Shown here piece after piece: positions 22,396 to 31,769 of a stretch of 64,000 nt of DNA. Within the stretch, counting starts at the first letter, position 1. Every line of letters starts with the position of its first letter. The stretch is taken from positions 6,310,815 to 6,374,814 of the forward strand of contig OZ244976.1 in assembly GCA_965222905.1 (NCBI GenBank), read 5' to 3'. This DNA comes from Vicinamibacterales bacterium. GTDB lineage: Bacteria > Acidobacteriota > Vicinamibacteria > Vicinamibacterales > UBA8438. The position numbers and the translations under genes were made by a program. The notes below the pieces were generated by a model that was not told where the DNA came from, made no database searches, and worked only from the letters and a program-made list of their open reading frames with translations.

Positions 22396-22848
22396 GTGGT
22401 CGACGTACGCTGCTGTTTTGGCGGTGTCATACGTAGTACCACCGCCTGCGCCGAGGACGCCAGGAGGCCGAACGGTACTGTGATCGTGTTTTTCCCGCGT
22501 GCTGAGCGCGCGCGTGAAGGGTGGGCCACACGGCACCACGGAGTCCGCATGACGACGGTTCTCCGACGCCCGCTGATGTTGTTGATGTCCCGGGTCCGTT
22601 TGTCCGGCGTTGGTAGCGGCCGTTCCTCTGAGTGCGCCTGCGTCGTCTTTCCCTACGCTTCGGCGAGCGCTTCCGCGAGGAGGGTCCAGCCACTGCTGTG
22701 TCCTGGAGTGCTCCGATCATCGCCCCGACTGCGACGCCATCGGTGTTCAGCATGTGCTTCGCCGGGTCCGGCGCTGGCCTCCATGCCGATGCTGGCACCG
22801 GTAGCTCGCCGCCGTGTTTCCACGATACGCGCTCGTACAGATGAAATG

Positions 22849-23838
22849 CTAGAACGTTCCCTCTCGCACCCCACGTCCGGCAGGACCTACTCGATGCACC
22901 ACCGTGGGGGTAACCGGATCGTTGTCCGGTAGAACCCCGTCGCCGCGCTTGATGCTCTTGGCGGCCACGCTGTCCAGCCCGGCGAGAGCTGCCGCGCCTT
23001 CGAGCGCCTCGGTGTCACCGCCGTAGTACTCGAACCAAGGCAGCCCTGCGGCGGTATAGCTGGCTGCGCTTGGCGGCCGCTCGGGCGGTTGACCGCCGGT
23101 CACTGCGAAGAACTGTTTTGCGTTGAGGATGTGGACGAAGCACCGAGCGAGGGCGCGAGGCTCCCATGCATCGAATTCGTGGGGGTCGACTTCGATTTTC
23201 TGCCTCATGAGGCCGCCCGGCGCGAGCCCCATATCCGCGCTCGGCGCACTCTTTGTCGCATAGCAGACCGCCTCTGGGTATCGACCTTCCCGGTCCGAGC
23301 AGTACTTCAGATAGGCTTCCCGCTTCATCGGGTGGACGCCGACCTGGAGCCCGCCGTGGACGGCCTTGCCCGTCAACTGTTCCTCGGCCGTGTAGCCGCT
23401 CCCCAGCGGCATCGCGACGAACTGTCGGATGGATCCCTTTGCAACGCAGAAGCCGTCCAGCCACGGCTGCTTCGGAACGACGACGTAGTTCTGCGGGTCT
23501 TCGACCAGCCCGTTCGACCACGCACCACCCGTGATCGCGTCGACCTTCCCTGCTGCGATTCGCAACGCCATCGGGTACGAGCCGGAGAACGACAGCCACA
23601 TGGCCTCTGACTGCGCCATTGGGAGGAAGACCCCGCCGTGCTCGCCCCACGCTGGCGGTAGGCTGCCTGCGTAGTCATCGACGCGGTAGAGGGGAAAGTC
23701 CCCGAGGCCGGGCGGCAGCGGGTACTCCCGGTTGTCGTCGGGTATCCGGAGCGTCCGCTGGAACGAGAGCGTGAACCGCGCGTGCGGGTGGACGGTCGGG
23801 AACGAGAATTGCAATTCGTCATTGCGTACTTCAATCAT
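22849..23838 (-). CDS. conserved hypothetical protein
   Basis: From MIEVRNDELQFSFPTVHP...TLRIPDDNREYPLPPGLGDFPLYRVDDY; clean high-GC3 frame over 329 codons; family not recognised. Confidence 0.6.
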   Translation of the reverse strand: MIEVRNDELQFSFPTVHPHARFTLSFQRTLRIPDDNREYPLPPGLGDFPLYRVDDYAGSLPPAWGEHGGVFLPMAQSEAMWLSFSGSYPMALRIAAGKVDAITGGAWSNGLVEDPQNYVVVPKQPWLDGFCVAKGSIRQFVAMPLGSGYTAEEQLTGKAVHGGLQVGVHPMKREAYLKYCSDREGRYPEAVCYATKSAPSADMGLAPGGLMRQKIEVDPHEFDAWEPRALARCFVHILNAKQFFAVTGGQPPERPPSAASYTAAGLPWFEYYGGDTEALEGAAALAGLDSVAAKSIKRGDGVLPDNDPVTPTVVHRVGPAGRGVREGTF

Positions 23839-24085
23839 GCTGCCAAGTCTACGCGCGATCTGATGTGGCGGCCTGGAGTGGGCGGCCAACGCCGTCGGTA
23901 CCCCCTCCGGCTGCTGCTGTGCAGCCAGATGACAGGGTGTAGACCGGGGGACCGGCCGTTCGACCCGTCTTGATGCTTTACGGGCTCCGTTGGGCCGGTG
24001 CGAGACGCGCCGGCGTGCGCTGTGGAGCGGGCGTGTACGTGCTTGCTCGCCGGGTGCGCCGCGCGCCGTTTCGGGCGGGATCCCA

Positions 24086-24820
24086 TCAAGCGCGGTCGCG
24101 GTTCAGCGCCAGCAACTCGCGGAGCGCGTCGTCTTCGGCGATGTCGGCCGGCCAGCCGTAGGCGGCCGCCACCGCGGCATCCAGGGTCGCGTGTGCGTCG
24201 GGGAGCCACCGGGGGCGGGTGTTGTAGAGGTTCGTGAGGGTGCGCTTCTTGAGGGCTTTCGCGGCGTCTTCGGCTTGCGGCTCGTGGCCGCGTTCCCGTA
24301 GCGATTGCGCGACTGCAGCGAACGACTGCGCCGCCTGTTCCGTCAGTGACTGCCGGGTCTCGCCCGGCTTGAGCCGCTCGGGGTCGGAGAACGCCCACTT
24401 CAGCCTGTCGCGTGTCGTTGCGTCGGCCAGGTCGTCCAGGCCGAACTCGTAGGTCTTGCTGACGCTGTTCGTCCAGTTGGTCCGGATCCGGAACCGCAGC
24501 ATGTCGGACACGATCAGCAGCGGCGGATTCTCCAGTGCCAGCGCGTACAGGCGGAGCTGGCCGAACGCGGCATCCAGGTCGGCTCGCTTGCCCTTGTACT
24601 CCCAGGCGAAGTGGTGTCGCTTCCAGACGTCCGCCCAGCCGTCGCCGCCGGTGTCCTTCCGAGCGCCTCGCTCGAAGCAGTACGCCTCGCCGGTCGGGTC
24701 GGCCTCGGCGGGCGTTGGCTCGCTGAGCAGGTGGCACAGGTCGATGAAGTGCTCCTGTGACGCGGAGCGTTCTTTCAGCGTCGAGGCGCGCCATTTGGTG
24801 ATGAACTCGTGTGCTGTCAT
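24086..24820 (-). pseudogene. MmeI-family type IIG enzyme, in-frame internal-deletion derivative
   Basis: First ~178 aa (MTAHEFITKWRASTLKERSASQEHFIDLC...ADVWKRHHFAWEYKGKRADL...PPLLIVSDMLRFRIRTNW) closely parallel 38195-38730. They then jump directly to the last ~60 aa (EDAAKALKKRTLTNLYNTRPRWL...AAAYGW). Methyltransferase and TRD are absent. Confidence 0.8.
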
Positions 24821-24834
24821 GTCCCCGCCACGCG

Positions 24835-25206
24835 GACCAGGCGAAGCGCGAGCACCGTGTCCCCCTGACTCGCCGCGCCGAAAAGGTCCTCGACGCCGCG
24901 CGAGCGCTGAGCAACGGGAACGCGGTCGTGTTCCCGAGCCCGCGCGGCAAGCGGTTCAACGACGGCCCTGTCGGGACTGCTCAAGACGCTGGAGGTTCCC
25001 GCCGTGCCTCACGGCTTCCGCTCCACGTTCCGCGATTGGGCGGCCGAGGAGACGAACCACCCCCGCGAGGTCCTCGAGGCGGCGCTGGCCCACGTCGTGC
25101 AAACAAGGTCGAGGCAGCGTACGCCCGCCGCGTGGGCCGGTCTGCCGATGCGGACGACGGACCCGGACCCGCCCGCGTGATCGGGGCGAGGTCGCCGAGC
25201 GCGTGA
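24835..25206 (+). pseudogene. tyrosine integrase C-terminal fragment (frameshifted)
   Basis: REHRVPLTRRAEKVLDAARALSNGNAVVFPSPRGKRF; in a second frame LSGLLKTLEVPAVPHGFRSTFRDWAAEETNHPREVLEAALAHVVQ; then a third frame NKVEAAYAR. No N-terminal half. Confidence 0.75.
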
Positions 25207-25603
25207 CGCCGGCAACCCGAGCGAGGCGGCCGAGCAGTTCTCCATCATCGTGAACCTGACGCTGGGCGGTCGGAACGCGACCGTTGTTGCCCGAAGGGGG
25301 GCCGACGCGCCGTCCGCCCCCGCCGGTGCGGGAAGTGTGATCAACAGGTGCAGAGGGTGGCTGGAGCGCCGTGGCGGCCACGCCGTCCGCGCCGGTTATG
25401 TGTCCGACTCGACGCTGGGGTACCGGTGCCCGGACGTTTTCCGGGACCGTCTGGACGACCTTCAAGCGCGGCCGCGCTCGAGAGCGACCTCCTCCGACTC
25501 GACACAGCAGCCGCGGTGCCGGCAAGCGGCGAGGGACCTGGTCGTGGAGTTCGGGCGCCCCCCCGACCGCGGGTTGCCGCGAATCGGACATCAAGTGGCC
25601 CTG

Positions 25604-25632
25604 TTGACATCTGTAAATTACGGGTGTAACAT
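25604..25632 (+). promoter_or_regulatory. sigma70-like promoter for the 25663-29519 operon
   Basis: TTGACA (25604-25609), a 17-nt spacer, then TAACAT (25627-25632), in a locally AT-richer stretch 30 nt upstream of GTG 25663. Confidence 0.5.
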
Positions 25633-25662
25633 ACACTCGTATTACGACCCGAGACAGCAACA

Positions 25663-27381
25663 GTGATTCTCACGATTGCAGAGTTGGCGCGGGCCGTGGG
25701 CAAGAGTGAGACCTACGTCCGCCAGCACGTTCATCGGAAGCACCTGACCACGCGAAGGGACGGGCGCAACGTGTCCGTGGCACTCTCGGAAGCGGTTCGT
25801 TGGGCGCGCGAGCGGGGCCTGCCGCTTGACGTACCGGCCCGCGCCGCGGTGACGACGGGCGGCGTCAAGGACCGCACCGCCCGCATGACGGTGCTGGTGT
25901 GGGATGCTCCGGGTGCACAGCCTCGCAACTTGTTCACGTTGATACGTCACCGCCGGCAGGATGCGCTGGGACCTTGGGCCGGCGAACCCGACGAGTCTTG
26001 GTCCGCCCACGATCTCGGGCATGAACTTCGTCTGTTTTCCTTCGACGCTCCCTTCGAGCGCTGCCGTGCATTGGTCGACCGCGTCCTGGATTCGGGTACG
26101 CTCGAGACTGGCGGCCTTGAAGTCCGCTATGCGTTGGAACCGGTCCCCCGCCGCCACTGGACCTATCGAGACGATCGCCCCTTCGCTGACGCCTCAATGC
26201 GCAGCCCCTTCTCGCAACACAGCGCGGAGGTCGACGAGTACTGGAGCTTCGCGGCGGAACCTCGCCAACGCTGGCTGGATGTGCTCGATGTGCTCGAGGG
26301 CCGAGCGCCGGCCGGACTCTCAGGTCTGGGCTTCCCGCTCGAGCGCCGGCCGGATCGGATCGGAAACCTCATGATCACGGGCGCAGAAGATGCGATCACC
26401 TGCGATCTGACATGGCATCGCAACCAGACGCTCCGGTTCCGCGTGGTCGCGGACGAGCCGTTGCTCGGCAGCTATCGGGCCACGATCTGGGCCAGCCACA
26501 GCCGCGATGAGGTGCTGCGGCAAGAGATTCCCGTTGTGGCGGGCCAGACAGCGATCGAGGTCCCATCCGATGTCGACCACATCGGTTTTGCGGTCTACCG
26601 GAAGGGCGACGGGCAGTGCGTGGACCTGCAGGAAGGGTTCCTGCTCAAGGAGATCGACTTGCGGATTGAGATCCAGTCCGGACCGACACAACAGCTTCTT
26701 GACGGCCGACGCCGCTTGATCCACGAAGTCAGACCATCAGGGATCATCTCGACGACCACGGTGAACACCGCCGGCGGCAAGGCCGAGCTTGACAACGGTA
26801 TCCGGCAACAATGGCTCCATCGTCAGGTCCACGAGCGAGAGACCGCTGCCCGCCGGGACGGAAACCTGTGGCGCTTCCAGCCCCACGAGTTCAACCAAGC
26901 CGTCCGGCGCTTCGTCGATCTTCTTCGTCGAGACGCCGACAGGGAGGAGCCCATCTACCTTGCCGACCCCTATTTCGTGACCTGTCAGGAAGGAGACGAA
27001 GGAGCGCGTTTGTACCTTGATATGTTCGCGGCGACGACCGGACGTCCCCTACGGGTCCTCTGCAGCGAGAACCCCGAGAAGCTCAAGAACGACGGCACAC
27101 AACCCTGGTGGTCGAAGTATCCCAACCATCTCACAAAGCACGTCCGTGTTCGGTCTTTCCTTAAACGGCAGGCACCCAAGCCCAAGCCCTGGTTTCACGA
27201 TCGCTACCTAATAACGCCCCGGCGCGAGGTCGTCATCACCCACTCCCTCAACGGCTGGCTCAAGAGTGGAGTCACCTTCGTGTGCATTCCCTACGGCGTC
27301 TACCGTGCTGAAGCAGAGAAGCTCTGGTCGTTGACTACCGGCTCGACCACCGAGGGGTTACTCGTTCGGGAAATCGCCTAA
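25663..27381 (+). CDS. HTH protein with C-terminal degenerate-HKD (PLD-like) domain, unknown family
   Basis: 572 aa. N-terminus ILTIAELARAVGKSETYVRQHV is an excisionase/MerR-like HTH. C-terminus IYLADPYF...WFHDRYLITPRREVVITHSLNGW aligns by eye to the PLD HxK(x4)D(x6)GSxN motif with K to R. The ~350-aa middle is not recognised. Confidence 0.7.
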   Translation: MILTIAELARAVGKSETYVRQHVHRKHLTTRRDGRNVSVALSEAVRWARERGLPLDVPARAAVTTGGVKDRTARMTVLVWDAPGAQPRNLFTLIRHRRQDALGPWAGEPDESWSAHDLGHELRLFSFDAPFERCRALVDRVLDSGTLETGGLEVRYALEPVPRRHWTYRDDRPFADASMRSPFSQHSAEVDEYWSFAAEPRQRWLDVLDVLEGRAPAGLSGLGFPLERRPDRIGNLMITGAEDAITCDLTWHRNQTLRFRVVADEPLLGSYRATIWASHSRDEVLRQEIPVVAGQTAIEVPSDVDHIGFAVYRKGDGQCVDLQEGFLLKEIDLRIEIQSGPTQQLLDGRRRLIHEVRPSGIISTTTVNTAGGKAELDNGIRQQWLHRQVHERETAARRDGNLWRFQPHEFNQAVRRFVDLLRRDADREEPIYLADPYFVTCQEGDEGARLYLDMFAATTGRPLRVLCSENPEKLKNDGTQPWWSKYPNHLTKHVRVRSFLKRQAPKPKPWFHDRYLITPRREVVITHSLNGWLKSGVTFVCIPYGVYRAEAEKLWSLTTGSTTEGLLVREIA

Positions 27382-29519
27382 TGACCAGCACCAAGAGACC
27401 CGAAATCTCCCTGCCTGTCGAGGCGAGAGCTGCCGTATGGCGTCTCTTCGGCGAAGGCGCTTCGCTCTCGGACAGACGGTCGTCCTACGATCTGATCGAG
27501 TCGGTTGTCCGAGAGCACGTCTCGTCGACCGACCCGGGCCGGACAATCGCAGCGATCCAGGGGTGGTTCGAACTGCATGGGGATCAGCGGTGCCTCAAAC
27601 CTCGCCTTCAGGAACCGGTTGCCGCCCTGATCCTCGAAGGGATCCGGAACGAACGGTCGGAGACCGCAATCTGGGCCGCCAGTTCCGTCGACGCAGATCG
27701 GGCTGCGAGCTTCATTCGATCCGGCTGGTCTCCCGACGAAATCGACTCTTTCGTCGAAGCTGCGCTCGGAGCGTTGGAGAGGCTCTGCGACCGAGACGAA
27801 GTTCTCGACCCAACCTGGATCTTGCCGGAGATTGATGCCTCCAACGCCCGAATTCCGAAGAGCGCCCTGGTGCGTGACGGAAGGCTGGAGACCTTTCGGC
27901 ATCTCGATGTCGTCTGCAGGGGTCTGCACCGTGCGGCCGACCGGCTTATCGAGCTCCTGGTGATGCTGCGTCCAGAACAGTTCGAACCGCTGATCGCACA
28001 CCTCGATCACCCGGTTATGCAGGCACGGGCGGCCAGCCACAGGCTCCGAACCGCCCTGCCGTTGGACCACCGCAGGACCCTGCATTGGATCACCGAGGAC
28101 TCATGCGATGACCTCGTCGCGCTGGCGATCGTACACACGCTGAACACGGTCAATCGCCTCGACGAAGACAGGTGGTCCGCCGATCGCGCGCGGGCGGACC
28201 GACGCAGTTGGAGCACCGAGCTCCGACCGCCCCGAGACGACCTCGATGCCGCTGCTGCCGGTCTCCTCACCGGCCTGGTCGATCAACTAGCCCTCCTCGA
28301 TCCCTTCGCGTGTGCGCGCTGGACCGGCGAGCTGCTCAGCAGCGCCCCCTACGTGCTCGATGCACGTAACGCCGCCGACGGCGCGAAGCCGCATCGGATC
28401 GGTCAGCTCGAGAGAGCCTGCACGGAAATGCTGGCGCGCCTCGCTCGCCAGTCGTGGTCAGACGAAATACTTGCGAATCTCCACGCCGGGCTACACCTGA
28501 CCCCGCGAACGACCTGGAACCGGCACATCGCGGTCGTCGCCTGGGAGCTACGCGAGGCGGCGCCTGATCGAGCCGCCGAGATCACGCGAGCGACTCTCGA
28601 AGAGCACGAACGGCAAGTCGCCGAGGCGTTGCGACGCAACCACCTGTTCTTGAACTGGGGAGACTGGCACGACCGCGAGTGGATCGCCGGCCTCGGGAAA
28701 TCGCTGGCCCTGTCCGAGGAAGACCTCGACCTACCGACGTGGGTTTCGTCGCGGTGCCGCGCGTTACCGTTGAGCGTGTGGGATGCCGAGGAAGATCATC
28801 CGAACTTCACCACCGCGGACCGGGTCGCCCAACACTGGTTCATCGTCGCGTTCCAGGCGCTCCAGGCACTCAAGCAGCTCGGCCGCGAGATAGACCCTGT
28901 ACCTGTCCGGGCTCTCGCCGAAACCCTGTGGTCACACTGCCGATTCGCCGGCCGGCACCTCCATGGCGCACTCGACGACTCCATCGCCGCGGAACATGCC
29001 GCCCGGTTCGTCGTCGAGTTCGGCGAACCGAGCGATACATGGCTGCTGGACCACGCGCGTCACCCTGGCGTCGGACCCTGCGCCTTGTGGGCGCTCACCG
29101 ACCAGCGCAGGATCAAGAACGCTCGCGAAGGCCGCGGAGACGGGCCGTTCGACGAAATCGTTGCCGCCGAGCTCATTGATATCGCCGCCGAGCGCTTCGA
29201 TGAAGAGGTGGACCTCGACCTCAAACGGCTACGTTTTTTGGGCTGGCTATGGCTTCTGCTGAACGCGGCCGATGCGGCCCAGCGGACCGCCAGGGCGATC
29301 ATCGCATTCCCACAACGGATGCAGGATCGCGCCGACAGAATCCTCGCGTTGAAGTTGCTTGCCCTAGCGGCCACCAGGGAAAATCCCGTGGAGGCGGTCA
29401 AGGACTACATCGCGTCGGACTACCGCCGACTTTGGCCTGGCTACACGCCTGACGAGGAACTCGCGGACCGCGAACAGGTCGACGAATTGCTCGCACAATC
29501 GGAGGCCCGCATTCTCTGA
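27381..29519 (+). CDS. large alpha-helical protein, unknown function (operon partner)
   Basis: 712 aa; ATG overlaps the upstream TAA by 1 nt (TAATG). Leu/Ala/Arg/Glu/Asp-rich composition suggests a helical protein (not predicted). No catalytic motif recognised. Confidence 0.7.
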   Translation: MTSTKRPEISLPVEARAAVWRLFGEGASLSDRRSSYDLIESVVREHVSSTDPGRTIAAIQGWFELHGDQRCLKPRLQEPVAALILEGIRNERSETAIWAASSVDADRAASFIRSGWSPDEIDSFVEAALGALERLCDRDEVLDPTWILPEIDASNARIPKSALVRDGRLETFRHLDVVCRGLHRAADRLIELLVMLRPEQFEPLIAHLDHPVMQARAASHRLRTALPLDHRRTLHWITEDSCDDLVALAIVHTLNTVNRLDEDRWSADRARADRRSWSTELRPPRDDLDAAAAGLLTGLVDQLALLDPFACARWTGELLSSAPYVLDARNAADGAKPHRIGQLERACTEMLARLARQSWSDEILANLHAGLHLTPRTTWNRHIAVVAWELREAAPDRAAEITRATLEEHERQVAEALRRNHLFLNWGDWHDREWIAGLGKSLALSEEDLDLPTWVSSRCRALPLSVWDAEEDHPNFTTADRVAQHWFIVAFQALQALKQLGREIDPVPVRALAETLWSHCRFAGRHLHGALDDSIAAEHAARFVVEFGEPSDTWLLDHARHPGVGPCALWALTDQRRIKNAREGRGDGPFDEIVAAELIDIAAERFDEEVDLDLKRLRFLGWLWLLLNAADAAQRTARAIIAFPQRMQDRADRILALKLLALAATRENPVEAVKDYIASDYRRLWPGYTPDEELADREQVDELLAQSEARIL

Positions 29520-30633
29520 CGACGGAGCCTCTTGCGAAAAGCGCATTCGGCCGAGTTTTTGCCCGAGGCGACGGGGCGACGGATGGTCAGCGGGCGAGAT
29601 GCAGCGTTCGCAGGATGGTAGTGACCGTCACTGGAGTTGACCCGGTTCCGCGCACAGGTTACGGCTTCGCTGCTGGGCGCTGTCAGCGCGCGACCGTCCC
29701 CGGACAGGCCGGCTGCCGCCGGCTGGCCGTAACGACTCGCCGGCTCTTCTTGTCGGCCGGGGTGTTTACTCTCGTGAGGACGGCACTTGGCGCCGCCCCG
29801 TGTCGATCTGGACGTACCACTCCGACGCGCGTGGATGACCGCCGCGAGGCGGCTCGGGCAACGGAGGTTGTCTTTAAGGTGGACCCGGTGCGGTGGTCGT
29901 CCGTGCCAACCTGCTCAACACCGACGTGTACGTCGGCGATGTCGCCCGGCAACGGTCTCCCACTGGCCGACCCTCGGTTCAGGAATACCGGCGGGAGTTC
30001 TGTCAGTCGACGGGCGCGACCGTGGACGCCGAGACGAGCATCTGCGTCAGCTCGCCGACCTTGAGCGTCGCCAGACCGGTCGCCGTGATGGTGACCAGCC
30101 ACCGCCGCCACGCCGTCATGATCCCGGACGGCCCCAACTACTCCACGCCGGCCGCCATGTCGCCCCTTTCAGCCCTGGACGACGAACACCCCCAGTTCGG
30201 TGATGATGCGGAAGATCGCGCCGGCCACCGCACCGTAGAGCGAGCAGACGAGCACGATCCGGAACCAGTTCCAGAAGAGGAACGAGAGCTGCGGGAAGAC
30301 CGTCCGAGGGATGAAGACCGATCCGCCAACCGTCCCCAGTCGGCTCAGATAGTCCTGCGGAGTGTGATTGAGTCCAGATCGAAATTGGGAACGGAATAGG
30401 GAACGAAAAATCCCGTTCTTCCCGTAAGTTGTTCATTAACAATGGGTTGAGAAAAAAGCGCAGCGTTCGGTGCGGAAGCCGTCTCTCGCTTTCCTGACGC
30501 TGTCGTTCAGCTCGCCGTCCGTCGACACGGTGGGTCGGGTCACCCCACTGTAGATGCCGCCACCATCGCGACCGGCTCGACGCCGAGTAGCGCGATCCAA
30601 TGGGTCGACGACCTCCCGGATTCGACGGCCCCG

Positions 30634-31761
30634 TTACTCCATGCGGAGCGTGATCATCGGGTCGACGCACGCGGCGCGATGCGCCGGCAGGCATGCCGCG
30701 GACAAGGCCGCGGTCACGAGCAGCAACGCGACACCCCCAAGGACGACGACGTCGTTCGGATGCACATCGACCAGGAGTCGAGCCATCAGATGGGCGAGCG
30801 GCACGGCCAATGCCAGGCCGATGGCCACCCCGATCGCGCAAGACCGCGCGGCCTCCCGGAGCACGAGTCTCAGGACGCGTCCCCGCGGCTCGCCGAGCGC
30901 CAACCGCACACCGATTTCGCGCCGTCGCCGGCTGGCGTCGTAGGCGGTCATGGCGTAGACGCCCATTGCCGACATCACGAGCGCCAGCAGGCCGAACACC
31001 GAGAACGTCTGGCTCCACAGGCGCGGCACCCAGTGCACGACGTCCAGCACCTGCGGCATGGTCAGGATGTTGTAGACGGGAACGGTCTCATCCACCGCCT
31101 GCAGCTCGGTTCGAAGGTTGGCTACTGTCCGGGAGGCGTCGGCAGGGGTGCGGACCGCCAGCGTCATCAACGGCGTGGGCTGGGCCCCGTAGGGCAGGTA
31201 CAACTGGTCCGCCGGCACCGTGTCGAAGCCCAGGACCTGCGCTGGCGGTGTGACGTCGCGTGTGATCCCGACCACCGTCAGCCAAGGGCCGGGTTCCTGG
31301 TCTCCCTCTCGGCCGGCGAGCCGCACCCGCCGGCCGACCCGCGTGCCGTCCGGCCAGATCCGACGGGTGATTCCGTCGCTCAGGAGCACGACATCTCTTC
31401 CCTCGTCGACCTCTACGGCCGTGAAGGGCCGCCCGGCGACTATCGGGATCTCCATGGTCTCAAGATAGCCGGCCATCACGACATGCCGTGTCGCGAGGCG
31501 CGCCTCGCCGCGTTCGCCGGCCTCGCCTTCGACCTCGAAGGTGACGGTCGGCGCGAAACCCTCGCGGCTCGCCGGAAGCACCGACACCGCGCCGACCGAC
31601 TCGACGAGGCGCGCGCGCCGAAGGCGGTCGATCGCCCGGTCGAGGTATCCCAGGCGCTGGCGCGGGTCTTCGTAGGCGCCGCCGGTGAGCGATACTCGCA
31701 TCGTTACGATGCCGTCGGTCGCGTAGCAGCCCGTGGAACAAGGTTGTCGGCGGCCTGACAT
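30634..31761 (-). pseudogene. MacB/FtsX-type (ADOP-like) ABC permease, C-terminal half only
   Basis: ...VESVGAVSVLP...TVVGITRDV...LRTELQAVDETVPVYNILTMPQVL...FSVFGLLALVMSAMGVYAMTAYDASRRRREIGVRLALGE...AHRAACVDPMITLRME. The N-terminal half is removed at the IS boundary near 31770. Confidence 0.75.
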
Positions 31762-31769
31762 CGGTTGAG

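Noticed and set aside
21262-22539. 425-aa minus-strand ORF
   Set aside because: Antisense of the Rpn-family pseudogene. No motifs and a Gln/Arg/Pro-rich composition.
23835-24959. 374-aa minus-strand ORF overlapping the MmeI-derivative locus
   Set aside because: Alternative frame of 24086-24820 and flanks. Arg/Pro/Gly-rich, whereas the 244-aa frame has clear MmeI-family homology.
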